From: a virus
Reading direction: 5' to 3' (one strand)
Length of the DNA: 64,000 nt
IMG/VR virus record: IMGVR_UViG_3300023184_009676
Location: 1 to 64,000 of that record
Of this stretch, positions 47,627-58,000 are shown one piece after another. A program made the position numbers and the translations under genes. How positions within the stretch are numbered: the stretch's first letter is position 1; each line of letters opens with the position of its first letter. Under the pieces are notes generated by a model that saw only the letters and a program-made list of their open reading frames with translations, did no database searches and had not been told where the DNA came from.

Positions 47627-49564
47627 TTAATTATATTTTAAAGAAAAATCAATTTTATCACTTCCGTTATGCATGAATGCTGGAAGCTTTTGGGTCGTTA
47701 GATACGGCATATAAGCGACGTTAAAATAACCTTTATGAGAATTGTTACCTTCCAAAAAGACAATGTTTTCCATTGCTGGATTAAATTCTATCCATTTATC
47801 TACAAGAGAATTGCCATCAACGATTTCTTTATATTCTCTTTTTGTAGAAACATACAAAGCCCATTCGGGATACTTTTCTTTGATTGACCTAAAGAGAGAA
47901 GAGAGGAGAAATATATCTTCTGCGTTTCCAGGTTGAACAACAATTACCCTACCTTTGTCATTTGAATTTAAAAGGTCTTCAAATTTTATTCCTTGGGTAT
48001 TTTTTTCTTGACCATTTTTAAATGCAACTTGACGAAAATAATCTTCTATTTGTTGGCGGTTCAGGTCTTTGTCTATTCTGGCAATCCAATGTTTAAATCC
48101 ATCATCATTCCTGTCTATTGACTTCTCATCAAGAATATTATGATACAGATGCAAAATCCATTCTGCGTTATCTTTAATTTCTGGGACTTTGTAATTAGGG
48201 CTTGGGTTATTTTTGGTTGGTTCAAAAGCAGAATCATCATTAACTTTAGGAGCGGAGTCAATAAAGTTTTCCAAAAATTTACCAATAACTTCCACAGAAA
48301 AATTATCAATGACCCATTGCCTGCCAGTTTTTCCAAGCTGTCTTTTTACTTCTGGCTTCATATTCAATACCTTAGTTAATTGCTTTGATATTGAATTCGG
48401 ATAAGTGCTTGCTTTGATAAACATTGTGTCTGGCTCTCTATACTCTGCCCAATCAAGGGGCAGGGAGCCTGCTCCATCTTCGCAAGAGTCTTCTCCACAA
48501 CTATAATTGGTAACAAGCGTGACGAGTTCGGTCAATTTTGCTTCTTGAATTGGTATTTCTTGACCACCAGAAGTGAATGGGTGACAATAGACATCCATTA
48601 AATTATAAATTTCATTTAATTGAACTTCATCTACGCCAAATCCAGGTCCAGTTGTTGTTTGACTTTTTTCAGCCCTACAAAATCTACAATTTTCATCATT
48701 AGTAGAGAATGACTTTATTTCATACTTGCCGCAATTTCTACAGACATAAGTAGTCAATACATCAGAGAGTTTTAATCCGTGCTCTTCTAGGAGCTTTTGG
48801 ATATTCCATCCTTCTACCCAGGAAGTATGAAGCAATAGCTTTGTCTTCAAAGATGGATTCGCCTGTTTAAACATTTTGAATCCTTGAATCAAATTTGGGA
48901 CACTCTTTCTAAGCTGATTCCTAAACACAAATCCGACGATAAATGTTTCTGGGTCAATGTTGTTTGCTTTTCTGATGGCTAATCTTTGGGCTTCTGGTAA
49001 TCTATAAAAATTATTTGTATTTAATGAACCTCTGACTGTTTTTGTATGGGTATGACCCATTTTATGTAGAGCTTTTGTGGCAAAATCTGCCCAGCTCCAA
49101 TAATTTTTTGTCTTTTTGGCTGCAACGACTGCTTTATCAAGAATTGGAAGAGAATCTAATGTAGTCCATAAAGCGCAAGTAATTTTATTAAACCAAGGCT
49201 TCTCTATTGCGAAATCAATTCCCCAAATGTCTTGGATACCAATGTAAACATCTGGCTTCTCTTGTCTCACTGCGTCATCAATAGCGAAAGCTCCATATCC
49301 AGCCATTCTGCTGATTCCGTCCCAATTCTTGGGGTCATTTTGTTGTCTAATGAGCTCTATCTTATTGGGTTGAATAGTAGCTAAGGTTTTCCAAGGGGTT
49401 CTATTTAACTCTTGAGCATTACCTTCGACTGAGCCAACCGCAAGATTAACCAGTTCATATTTATCAGTATTAAAAAGATACTCTAGAATATTTCTTGCAT
49501 TTTTACCAAAACCTGTATTTGCCAATGGGAAATCAGTGTGAATAAGAACTTTCTTTTTTGCCAT
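47627..49564 (-). CDS. GT4-family glycosyltransferase with a Zn-ribbon insert, a DUF4214-like domain and a C-terminal GT9 N-half
   Basis: KKVLIHTDFPLANTGFG, VFRNQLRKSVPNLIQGF, LNEIYNLMDVYCHPFTSGGQEIPIQEA; CRNC...CRFC; tail RVIVVQPGNAEDIFLLSSLFRSIKEKYP. Confidence 0.8.
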   Translation of the reverse strand: MAKKKVLIHTDFPLANTGFGKNARNILEYLFNTDKYELVNLAVGSVEGNAQELNRTPWKTLATIQPNKIELIRQQNDPKNWDGISRMAGYGAFAIDDAVRQEKPDVYIGIQDIWGIDFAIEKPWFNKITCALWTTLDSLPILDKAVVAAKKTKNYWSWADFATKALHKMGHTHTKTVRGSLNTNNFYRLPEAQRLAIRKANNIDPETFIVGFVFRNQLRKSVPNLIQGFKMFKQANPSLKTKLLLHTSWVEGWNIQKLLEEHGLKLSDVLTTYVCRNCGKYEIKSFSTNDENCRFCRAEKSQTTTGPGFGVDEVQLNEIYNLMDVYCHPFTSGGQEIPIQEAKLTELVTLVTNYSCGEDSCEDGAGSLPLDWAEYREPDTMFIKASTYPNSISKQLTKVLNMKPEVKRQLGKTGRQWVIDNFSVEVIGKFLENFIDSAPKVNDDSAFEPTKNNPSPNYKVPEIKDNAEWILHLYHNILDEKSIDRNDDGFKHWIARIDKDLNRQQIEDYFRQVAFKNGQEKNTQGIKFEDLLNSNDKGRVIVVQPGNAEDIFLLSSLFRSIKEKYPEWALYVSTKREYKEIVDGNSLVDKWIEFNPAMENIVFLEGNNSHKGYFNVAYMPYLTTQKLPAFMHNGSDKIDFSLKYN

Positions 49565-49583
49565 ATTTTAAATTATTATATAC

Positions 49584-50084
49584 TCAGAACGAGTTTTTTT
49601 CTGGAAGAGTTTCTTGTTTTTGAAAAGATTTATTTAAAGCGTGGATTAAAAATTCACGGATTAATCTTCCTTCAGCAAAAGTTAAGCCAATATAAAAACT
49701 GTTTTTTGCGCTAGAGTCTTCTTTGTCAGTAACAGCTATACTAAATGAATAACCTCTTTGAGAAGGTTTTTCTCCTTCTGCGACTTTATTCATCCATTGA
49801 TTAAACTTGATTGCCTTTAGCTGCTTATCGCTATCGTGAACGGTTAAAAACTCCCTGCCTCTATCTAGGGCATCTAAAATAGCCGCAGCCTCAACTTGTC
49901 CAAGCTTAACATTAACTTGTTTAAATGGGTCATTTCTACTGGCTGAGAACGTTCCAATTTGACTATTTGGATCCCAAGTTGATTGTTTTATTAAAGTTGC
50001 AAAAATAGCATTATCTTTTGAAGATTGGGAAAAAGAGCAGGCAAACCCAGTATTGTTTTTATTCGGATGATATATGGCCAACAT
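49584..50084 (-). CDS. Hypothetical protein, possibly Whirly/PC4-like ssDNA-binding
   Basis: Two beta-meander plus helix units ending in VKLGQVEAAAIL and IGLTFAEGRLIREFL. Confidence 0.35.
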   Translation of the reverse strand: MLAIYHPNKNNTGFACSFSQSSKDNAIFATLIKQSTWDPNSQIGTFSASRNDPFKQVNVKLGQVEAAAILDALDRGREFLTVHDSDKQLKAIKFNQWMNKVAEGEKPSQRGYSFSIAVTDKEDSSAKNSFYIGLTFAEGRLIREFLIHALNKSFQKQETLPEKNSF

Positions 50085-50131
50085 AGTGTATTTTATTATA
50101 TAATAGAATGGACAAAGGTTCTAATAATTAG

Positions 50132-53100
50132 ATGAATATTACGACAAATAATTCAATTAAAAATAATATTTTTGATGGCTCTTATCAAATTACTGTTTTG
50201 CCGATCCCTACTGGTACAGCATACTCTTTTTGGTCTAGTAAAATACTTAATCCCGCTGGGATAACTGGAAGTCTTGTATATTTATCTAATGAGCAGAGGG
50301 ATTCTGGTTATCTTTTTTCTGGATATTCCTATACTGGGGACTCTTTTCCTTTTCCAAAGGGTATATTTTTAAGTGGTGCTACTTCGGAAGCTACGCCTGT
50401 TAGTGGTTATTTATATTATTCTTTAAATACTCCATTATTGGGTGTTTGTCATGGCGTGGGAAATACGGGAGAAAACATGTGGTATAATGGTTATAATTTT
50501 TATAACGCATTTCATCCAGAGGGAACTTTTTCTCCACCATTTGGTCAAAATATTTCTGTTTATAAATCTAATTCAAATGGCACCGACGCCCTTGCTCAAA
50601 ATGGTAATTGTTCAAGTTTAACAAGTCAAGAATATAATGATTTTTTTGGTATTGTTTCTAAGGCAGATATAAATGCCGAGGCTTCTGCGGATGGTATAGC
50701 TAATGGCGGAACTTCATTTATTAATTCCCCTGCTTATGCCTGTCCTGAAGAGGTTATTACGGTCTATTATTGGCACGAATCCCAATACAATATTATTGGC
50801 GGTACGGTTGGGGCAATAACTGCAAATACTTTCTTTAATACAAATCCCATTCCTACTTCTTTGGACAATTTTGACCGAAAAACTGCTTTAAGATATTCTG
50901 TTTCTAGTGAACAAGGTGGAACTTTACCAAATGGACAAAAAGAAACCATACAACATGTTTTATATGATGGTGGAGGAAAGCCAATCCCAGCTTATCAAAC
51001 TGTTGGCGCAAATATTTTAAATACTGTTTTATGTCCATCTATTACCGCCGAAAGCTCTCTTTCCGTTGGAACACAAACAGAAAGCCAATTATTGCTTGCC
51101 GCAGATGTATTGAGTAATCCCTCTAAAGGGTTTTTTGATTATTTTAATTGGTGGAACCTTTGGCACTTTCTTTACAAAGAAAATACCGATGGGTTTCCAT
51201 TTCAAAATGATTATGGACTTTTTCAAGGAGAGGGTATCGTTATTCCAGCGGGAAAAAGCTCTAATTATGGTAGTCAACTTTTTGAGGCTCAAATTTCTAA
51301 TGAAAATAATTATTGGGATAGGAGGCAGTGCCCGATGGGAATTAATTTTCTTCCGCATACATTTGGCGGGGCGATTTATGCTTGTCCATCTTATACTTTT
51401 GAAATTCCATATTATGCTGCAACTAAAAAATTTGGATTTTATGGAGCTAGATTTCTCGATGGATGCATTAGCTTAACTTTAGATAATACGCTCAATGGCC
51501 AGCCAAACTCCTCAGATTTACCGCCTAATTTTACTTATACTATACCACAAGAAGAAGAGCCAAGCCCAGATGTTGGCACGCTCTCAAGCAACAGTCGTTA
51601 TGATAATCTTTTGGATATTGCTAATAAAGAAGAATTACATTCTGATTTTTACGCTATGAATAAGGGCTTATTCTTGTGGACAAATTCCACATTAATTAGT
51701 TCATCTAGTGATTTTATTAATTTAAGTTTAGTCCCAGGATTTCCTCAATTATATAGCAATTTATTGTCTCAGTATTCCGCTGTTTTTCCTAATGGAAAAT
51801 CTGATATATTAAAAAACGATTATTTATATATTAGCGGAGAAGAAAGTCAGTTTTATGATACTGGTATTTATTCTTTAATATTGTCTCAAAATTCTAATTA
51901 TCAAAACTTTAAAAATAATTTATACGATATTTTATCAGGATCTTTACAGATTAGTTATTGGAATAATATAGAAAAAGATTATTCATACGCCGTTCTTTCT
52001 CAGAAAAATCAAGTCGATAATAGTTTTTATACTCAATTACAAGCGGGGAAACAATCAAGATTTTTCACTAGATATTTAGAAAATTATGTAAAAGGCAATT
52101 CCGTTGATTTGTATCCAACGAATAAGATTTATTTTAGTTACGATTCTGCTAATAGTTATGTTGAAAGTTCTGGATGGGCAAAGTCTCCAAATTCTTTTGG
52201 AACAGCTAGTAATTTTGATCCAAAAATAACTAGAAGATATTTTCTTGGGGCATATAGCAATGGTCAAGATGTTACTGGAGTAGCTAATTTTTCTCAAAAT
52301 TTTGCAGGGATTAATTTAAATAATTACTCCTTTTATCCTGGATATTTTAATGGAAATATAGGATTAGAATTGCCCCCTCCTTCTTTTTTGCCAGTTATTT
52401 CTGGAGTGTATGATTCAACAAATAACCCTAGCTTTAATAACGAATCAATTCAAGGTAATAGTTTCCCAACTGTAACAAATGGTTGGAATTTGGTCGGATA
52501 CAATGGAATAGGTAGGCTAAATTTAAACTTCTCTTGCTTTACTCCCATATTCGTTCAAAATCCTCTGCCTATAACTCATTGTAAAATTGGTCAAGCTCCT
52601 ACATTTAGGGCTTACGCAGTAGATTATCATACTATCCCCGAAGATAAGATGAACAATCGCTATCCTGAAATTAGATATTGGATGGATAAATTAAAAATAA
52701 GTAATGGTAATAAATCAGTTAGCGCTAAAACTACAAATGCTTATCCGTTGTCTTATAAATGGTATAGAATTAAAAAAAGTGATTGCACTGGACCAGTTTC
52801 TGACCCAACAATTCAGGACGGCGACTTTAAGAAATTTCTATTAAATCCTGATTTTTCTAAAATTGTGCCTTCTAGTCAATCTGGTGATTGGTGCTGCTTG
52901 GAAGGAGATGACCAATATTGTACTTTGATTCACCCATCTGGATGCATCCCTCCTTTGCCTTCTCCAATATCAAGCTTAAAATATAAGTATGCCAATTATC
53001 CAATGCAGCAGACTTTAAAACAAAATAATTATAACATGACTTTCGTTAAGGGGGCGCAAAAAAATGAAGATGAAAATTATTATTATTTCTGTATGGCAAG

Positions 53101-54985
53101 GGGAAGATTTGGTATAAGAATAAGCGAGCCTTCTCAATTATTTATTGAAGATTGGATAGATTTTGATGTAAGTATGCGTAATGGAGGAAATAATGCATTT
53201 ACAGCAAGTAAAGCCCTAACAGTTTCTTTCGACGCAGGAGATGTAACAATAAATTGTAATGCTTCTTCCGTTCCATCTTATGCTGGATTTGTTCAAGACG
53301 CCGATGCCATTCCAGAAGATGTGGTAGAAGAACAAATTCCTCCGCCAAATCGTGGATATGGAGATGTTTTTTCTTATAAATTTGTTGGACCATGGGGATA
53401 TAGAGGGGCAGTGCAAAGTTATACCCCTGGGACATTAAATGATACAAGGGGACTTAGAGAAACCTGGGGTAGGCTTTTGCATTATGGTTCTCTTTTTCAT
53501 TATCATAGGGCGCTTTCCCAAACAGAAGGCGATGCATTATATGGAAGAAATCATTTGCCAGTTTGTAATAGCAGCAATCAAATGTCCGCCAAGCAACAAG
53601 GGATAAAGGTTGTTGTCAATGGAATTACTCATTGGGCTAATATGCAAAATCCTATTGCAGATACAAAGGGTTCATATGGAGTTAAATGGAGCAAGCTTGG
53701 TAACGCCGCAGAGCTTTATAATCCCGCCGCCTCTATTGTAAATGGTGGTATTGACACCAGCGCCTCGCCAGGATTGGGTCAATGGCAATATGGAAATAAT
53801 TTTGGAACAATCCATAGCTTTGGATGGAATAGTAACTTGCTAAATCCTGGGACGACCTTGACAGCGACGAACATAGAAAATGGCGATTTAACTACCACTC
53901 CTGGAACTTTATCAACCACTGAATTTCAAAAATTAAAAACAAATCTTCTCGGTGCGGGAACTCTTGCGGGAAAAAATTGTGGTTGGCACAAGGGAGGACT
54001 AGGGAGATCTACTTCTTACTGGATAGAAGGTTTTAATGCTTTTTATATTTTCTGTGACCCTTTAAAAAAGAAAAATGTCACAAATTATAATTATATGAGT
54101 CCAGGATTAAGACAGTCTAATAGCTCAATTCAATATTTCTGGTTGGGTAAACCAAATAATTCATATCTTGAAAGATATCCAATGTTTGGCCCTTACGCTT
54201 ATCAATGGAGGGTAAGAAGGCAAAATAGAGATAGAAATGGTAATGGTGTTTCAGAAGGATTTTATTCTTATGGATGGGGATCAAATTATAGTTTAATATA
54301 TGATAATCCAGCTATTTATGGCCTTTTTACTAAATATAAACAAAAAAATCAATCTACTCTTGCAGAGATTAATAGCTATAGAATTTCTGCGTTTGGGTCT
54401 GCGGATGCTGCCTTGAGTGTTTCAAGCACTCGATTTGGATTTACAAATGGTGATGGAGGGGCAAGGACGTATGGAAATGTTTGGATAGGTAATATTTCTG
54501 ACCCAACTCCAAATACCACCAGAGATTATGTAAATAAAGGATATGCCAATGCTTTAAGCCCACAGTTTTCTTTATATGGATGTTCTGATGCCGATATTAA
54601 CGCTGGAAACTGTTTTGATCCATGTATCAGTATGAGATATCAAAATGGGTTCTTGCCAGGCGGCAAAAGACAAGACCTTTTTACGGCAAATAATTCATAT
54701 CGCATTATTGCAAATAATCCAGTAGTAAATAATGTCACTGGCTCTTCAACAATCGTTTTATCAGAAAATACTTCTTTTCGTGGTCCTTTTGGCTCTCCAC
54801 ATATAAAATATTTGTCATCTTTAGGTACAAAAGTGAATGGATTTTCTCCCTGTTTTGATGGTGGCGCAGACCATTGTAATTATATTACCCCCACTATTAA
54901 TATTGGAGATTCAACTTATTATGAAGGCAGGGGTCCAGCTATAATAAATACCGCAATAAGCGTATCACAGGTCACGAATTTTTAA
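50132..54985 (+). CDS. Large virion/tail protein with an interrupted Ig-like domain
   Basis: 1617 aa; Gly/Asn/Tyr/Cys-rich; PIFVQNP...GQAPTFRAYA...LSYKWYR...YYYFCMARGRFG..ISEPSQL. Confidence 0.55.
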   Translation: MNITTNNSIKNNIFDGSYQITVLPIPTGTAYSFWSSKILNPAGITGSLVYLSNEQRDSGYLFSGYSYTGDSFPFPKGIFLSGATSEATPVSGYLYYSLNTPLLGVCHGVGNTGENMWYNGYNFYNAFHPEGTFSPPFGQNISVYKSNSNGTDALAQNGNCSSLTSQEYNDFFGIVSKADINAEASADGIANGGTSFINSPAYACPEEVITVYYWHESQYNIIGGTVGAITANTFFNTNPIPTSLDNFDRKTALRYSVSSEQGGTLPNGQKETIQHVLYDGGGKPIPAYQTVGANILNTVLCPSITAESSLSVGTQTESQLLLAADVLSNPSKGFFDYFNWWNLWHFLYKENTDGFPFQNDYGLFQGEGIVIPAGKSSNYGSQLFEAQISNENNYWDRRQCPMGINFLPHTFGGAIYACPSYTFEIPYYAATKKFGFYGARFLDGCISLTLDNTLNGQPNSSDLPPNFTYTIPQEEEPSPDVGTLSSNSRYDNLLDIANKEELHSDFYAMNKGLFLWTNSTLISSSSDFINLSLVPGFPQLYSNLLSQYSAVFPNGKSDILKNDYLYISGEESQFYDTGIYSLILSQNSNYQNFKNNLYDILSGSLQISYWNNIEKDYSYAVLSQKNQVDNSFYTQLQAGKQSRFFTRYLENYVKGNSVDLYPTNKIYFSYDSANSYVESSGWAKSPNSFGTASNFDPKITRRYFLGAYSNGQDVTGVANFSQNFAGINLNNYSFYPGYFNGNIGLELPPPSFLPVISGVYDSTNNPSFNNESIQGNSFPTVTNGWNLVGYNGIGRLNLNFSCFTPIFVQNPLPITHCKIGQAPTFRAYAVDYHTIPEDKMNNRYPEIRYWMDKLKISNGNKSVSAKTTNAYPLSYKWYRIKKSDCTGPVSDPTIQDGDFKKFLLNPDFSKIVPSSQSGDWCCLEGDDQYCTLIHPSGCIPPLPSPISSLKYKYANYPMQQTLKQNNYNMTFVKGAQKNEDENYYYFCMARGRFGIRISEPSQLFIEDWIDFDVSMRNGGNNAFTASKALTVSFDAGDVTINCNASSVPSYAGFVQDADAIPEDVVEEQIPPPNRGYGDVFSYKFVGPWGYRGAVQSYTPGTLNDTRGLRETWGRLLHYGSLFHYHRALSQTEGDALYGRNHLPVCNSSNQMSAKQQGIKVVVNGITHWANMQNPIADTKGSYGVKWSKLGNAAELYNPAASIVNGGIDTSASPGLGQWQYGNNFGTIHSFGWNSNLLNPGTTLTATNIENGDLTTTPGTLSTTEFQKLKTNLLGAGTLAGKNCGWHKGGLGRSTSYWIEGFNAFYIFCDPLKKKNVTNYNYMSPGLRQSNSSIQYFWLGKPNNSYLERYPMFGPYAYQWRVRRQNRDRNGNGVSEGFYSYGWGSNYSLIYDNPAIYGLFTKYKQKNQSTLAEINSYRISAFGSADAALSVSSTRFGFTNGDGGARTYGNVWIGNISDPTPNTTRDYVNKGYANALSPQFSLYGCSDADINAGNCFDPCISMRYQNGFLPGGKRQDLFTANNSYRIIANNPVVNNVTGSSTIVLSENTSFRGPFGSPHIKYLSSLGTKVNGFSPCFDGGADHCNYITPTINIGDSTYYEGRGPAIINTAISVSQVTNF

Positions 54986-55006
54986 ATATATTAGTATAAT
55001 AATAAA

Positions 55007-58000
55007 ATGAGTATCAATAGTCAATTATTTGGTTTGGCATCTTCCGTCGTTTATATAAGAGAGGGAGGCAGTGCCACGGCTAAAAATATTATACAAGCCA
55101 TGAGTAATGCCTTTGGCGGAACTAATGACGATGGGACATATGCGTATAATTTGTTTCAAGCTGATACGGGTATACTTTACACAAATGGCTTTGATTTGTC
55201 ATATGCAAGTTATGCTAATCTTGAAAATACCGTTTCTCCATTTGTCGGTAACGTTCCAGTTTTAAGTGTGGGGGTGTCTGCTCTGACTTATGGATATGGA
55301 AACTATTATTCTATTGGCGAATCTAAAATAGTAAATTATATAAATAAATTTAATGCAGCAATGGGGTATTCTAATATTTCCATTACAGAATCAAATTTTG
55401 ATAGTATTTTTTCAAGTTTGTCTTTGCATGGAATTAATAATGATGTAATAAATTCTCCAGACGCCGCAAATCCTCTTGGTAAAAATGTTAATTATAATTG
55501 GTATGATTCTTCTGTTTTATTTGGTTTAGATAAATCTACAACGCACACTAATGTCATCAAAGACATAGAAAATCAATATTATTATCTTACGGGAAAACTA
55601 ATTTATGATCCTATTCCTGGAGATTTGGTAAAATGTATCTCTTCTGGAGCTTTGATAAATACTTCAAGTGGGGTAATTTCTATTAATTATATCTTGAATC
55701 AACCCTGCTACGATGCAGATTCTTATGTTGGTCCAGTTTCTGGAATTAATTTTTATAGAACATTTAATGATGGGCCAGGAACCTCTGGTTATTTTGATGA
55801 TGCTGTTGCACAAGAATACGCGAATTTTGACAAAGCTATTTTAGCAAAAGAAGATTATTCTTCAAATAATAGAGCCTTGTATTCTTATCAAACCGACCAA
55901 AGCGGCAACTATTTATTTTTAAAATCTGGAGTAAACATTGATGTTCCTGGCGTATTTAATCAATCGGAGGAATATGGCGCAGGACACACCAACAAGATAT
56001 CGGTTGGACAATATTGTTCTTTTACTGGCTACTATGCGGAAGGCGTGCCATTAATGAGAATGCATCAGGGAGATAATCAATTAAAATGGAACGTCCAAAA
56101 GAGTTACGTTGGAGACTATCCTAATGGTATTTGTGTCATTACTAGTTCTTTAAAGAATTGGACTGGTTGGAAATTAGTTGATTTTGAATTAGACGAAAGT
56201 CAATCTGTATATTTTGAAAATGTTTTAACTAATCCAGACGCCAATTTAAAAAGATTTTTAAAAAGATGCTTAAGTTTAACTAATTCAAAAGATTCTCATG
56301 GTGACCCCATAACTCCTTATAGTTTGGTATATGAATATGATACTGGGGTATTGGCTTGCTATGGGCCTTATAATGCTCCCACTGACGAATTGGGTCACCT
56401 TATCCCAACCTACGTTGGTCCTCCTCAATTAAATGGATCTGCTGATTTACCTGGGCTTGCCTTTTATCAGACTTTTGATAATTCAAATTTTCCAGATTCG
56501 GGCGGAGAATATATTACAATTAATATTCGCCCAGTAATATCTAGTTCGTCTGCGGGGTCAATAAATGGAGATTCTACAAGGACTTTTTCTTCTAGCGTAT
56601 CGACCTCCACTCTTTTTTCTTTGTCTGGTTCTTCTCACGCAGGTTTAAATGCTGCGAAATTAAATTTTAGTAAAAAAATTGATTCTTCGGGCCTCTCTGG
56701 TTACGACGATATATTTAAAAAATGTTTATCTATTGGTGATAATTTTCAAAATTCTATTTCTGGCACCTTATATCCACAATCAAACGCTGGATTTAATTAC
56801 TCTGGAGGAGTGTATTTTTCTGGAAATGAAGCCATATATCCTCAAGATTTGTTGCATTTATCCAAGCTTATTGGGTCAGAATATTCTGGCGTAATGTTTT
56901 TGACTGGCTTCCAAAATATAAATGATAATTCTGTATCATTAGTAAATAGATATGATTCCCAATTCTATACTGGTAATGTTTCTAATGGGGTCAAAACCAC
57001 TGGAGAAAATATAGGGTATTATTATTTTCAAGACACAATCTTGGGGGCATCAAACGCGGGATGGGAAAATTTTGCTCCAATTCCTCCTGATGTTCAAAAT
57101 GATGCTGATTATTTACCTTATTTCTCGGGAATCTATTCTGGAATTTCTTTAACTAGTAAAGTGGAGAACTATCTACCAAGATATTATTCTGGACCATATA
57201 GAAGCTATTCCATAAAATTTTTATATCCAAATGCTTCTGGCGCAACAGCGGCGTATAATTCTAAATTAAATGGTTTTCCATATAAAATTACGTATTCCAT
57301 GACGATTAAGGAGGAGTCTGCGAGAGAACTATATTGCTTGTCTGGGCTTTATAGCAGCACTCAAAATTTATACCCAATTAGAGCTAATTCTTTTGGAGGA
57401 ATATCCGCATTAAATGAATTAATGCCAACCATGTTTTTAAGTCCTTATACATATAATTTTGAAGCAAATAAAACTATTTATCCAGACTCTGGTCAATTCA
57501 GTAATTCTGCTTATTTTAATGGATTTGTTAATGGTTTTTACGTACCCAATTTTAGAAATAATCTTAGTGACCCTTATTATGCACCAAATTATTGCACTCA
57601 ATCTTTTTTAAATAGCAATACGTATCAAGACTCTTGCTCTTTTGTAAATGGAATTAAAACTACTGGAAAAGTTAATTATAAAGTCATTTATACAGGCGGA
57701 GGATTAACTAATAAAGTTGGTTTCATTGAGCCTGCGCTAGATTCTACCTTGTTTTGGAATTATTCATCTAATAAAATAACTGGCGAAGCTTTTTATACTC
57801 CTCCAGTTTTTGATTTATCAACTTATAAAATCAATCCCCCTCAAAGTTTTTTGGATGCGACTGTGAATAAATTGTTTGGTAAAAAAACTGATCCAACTTT
57901 TTCAAATAATGGCCTTGTAAGAACTGGTATTTTGGTTGATGGTTTTGACCCAATTTTTTATGAATACGTCGGGGGAAGAATAGGCTCTGGAGCAAATAAT

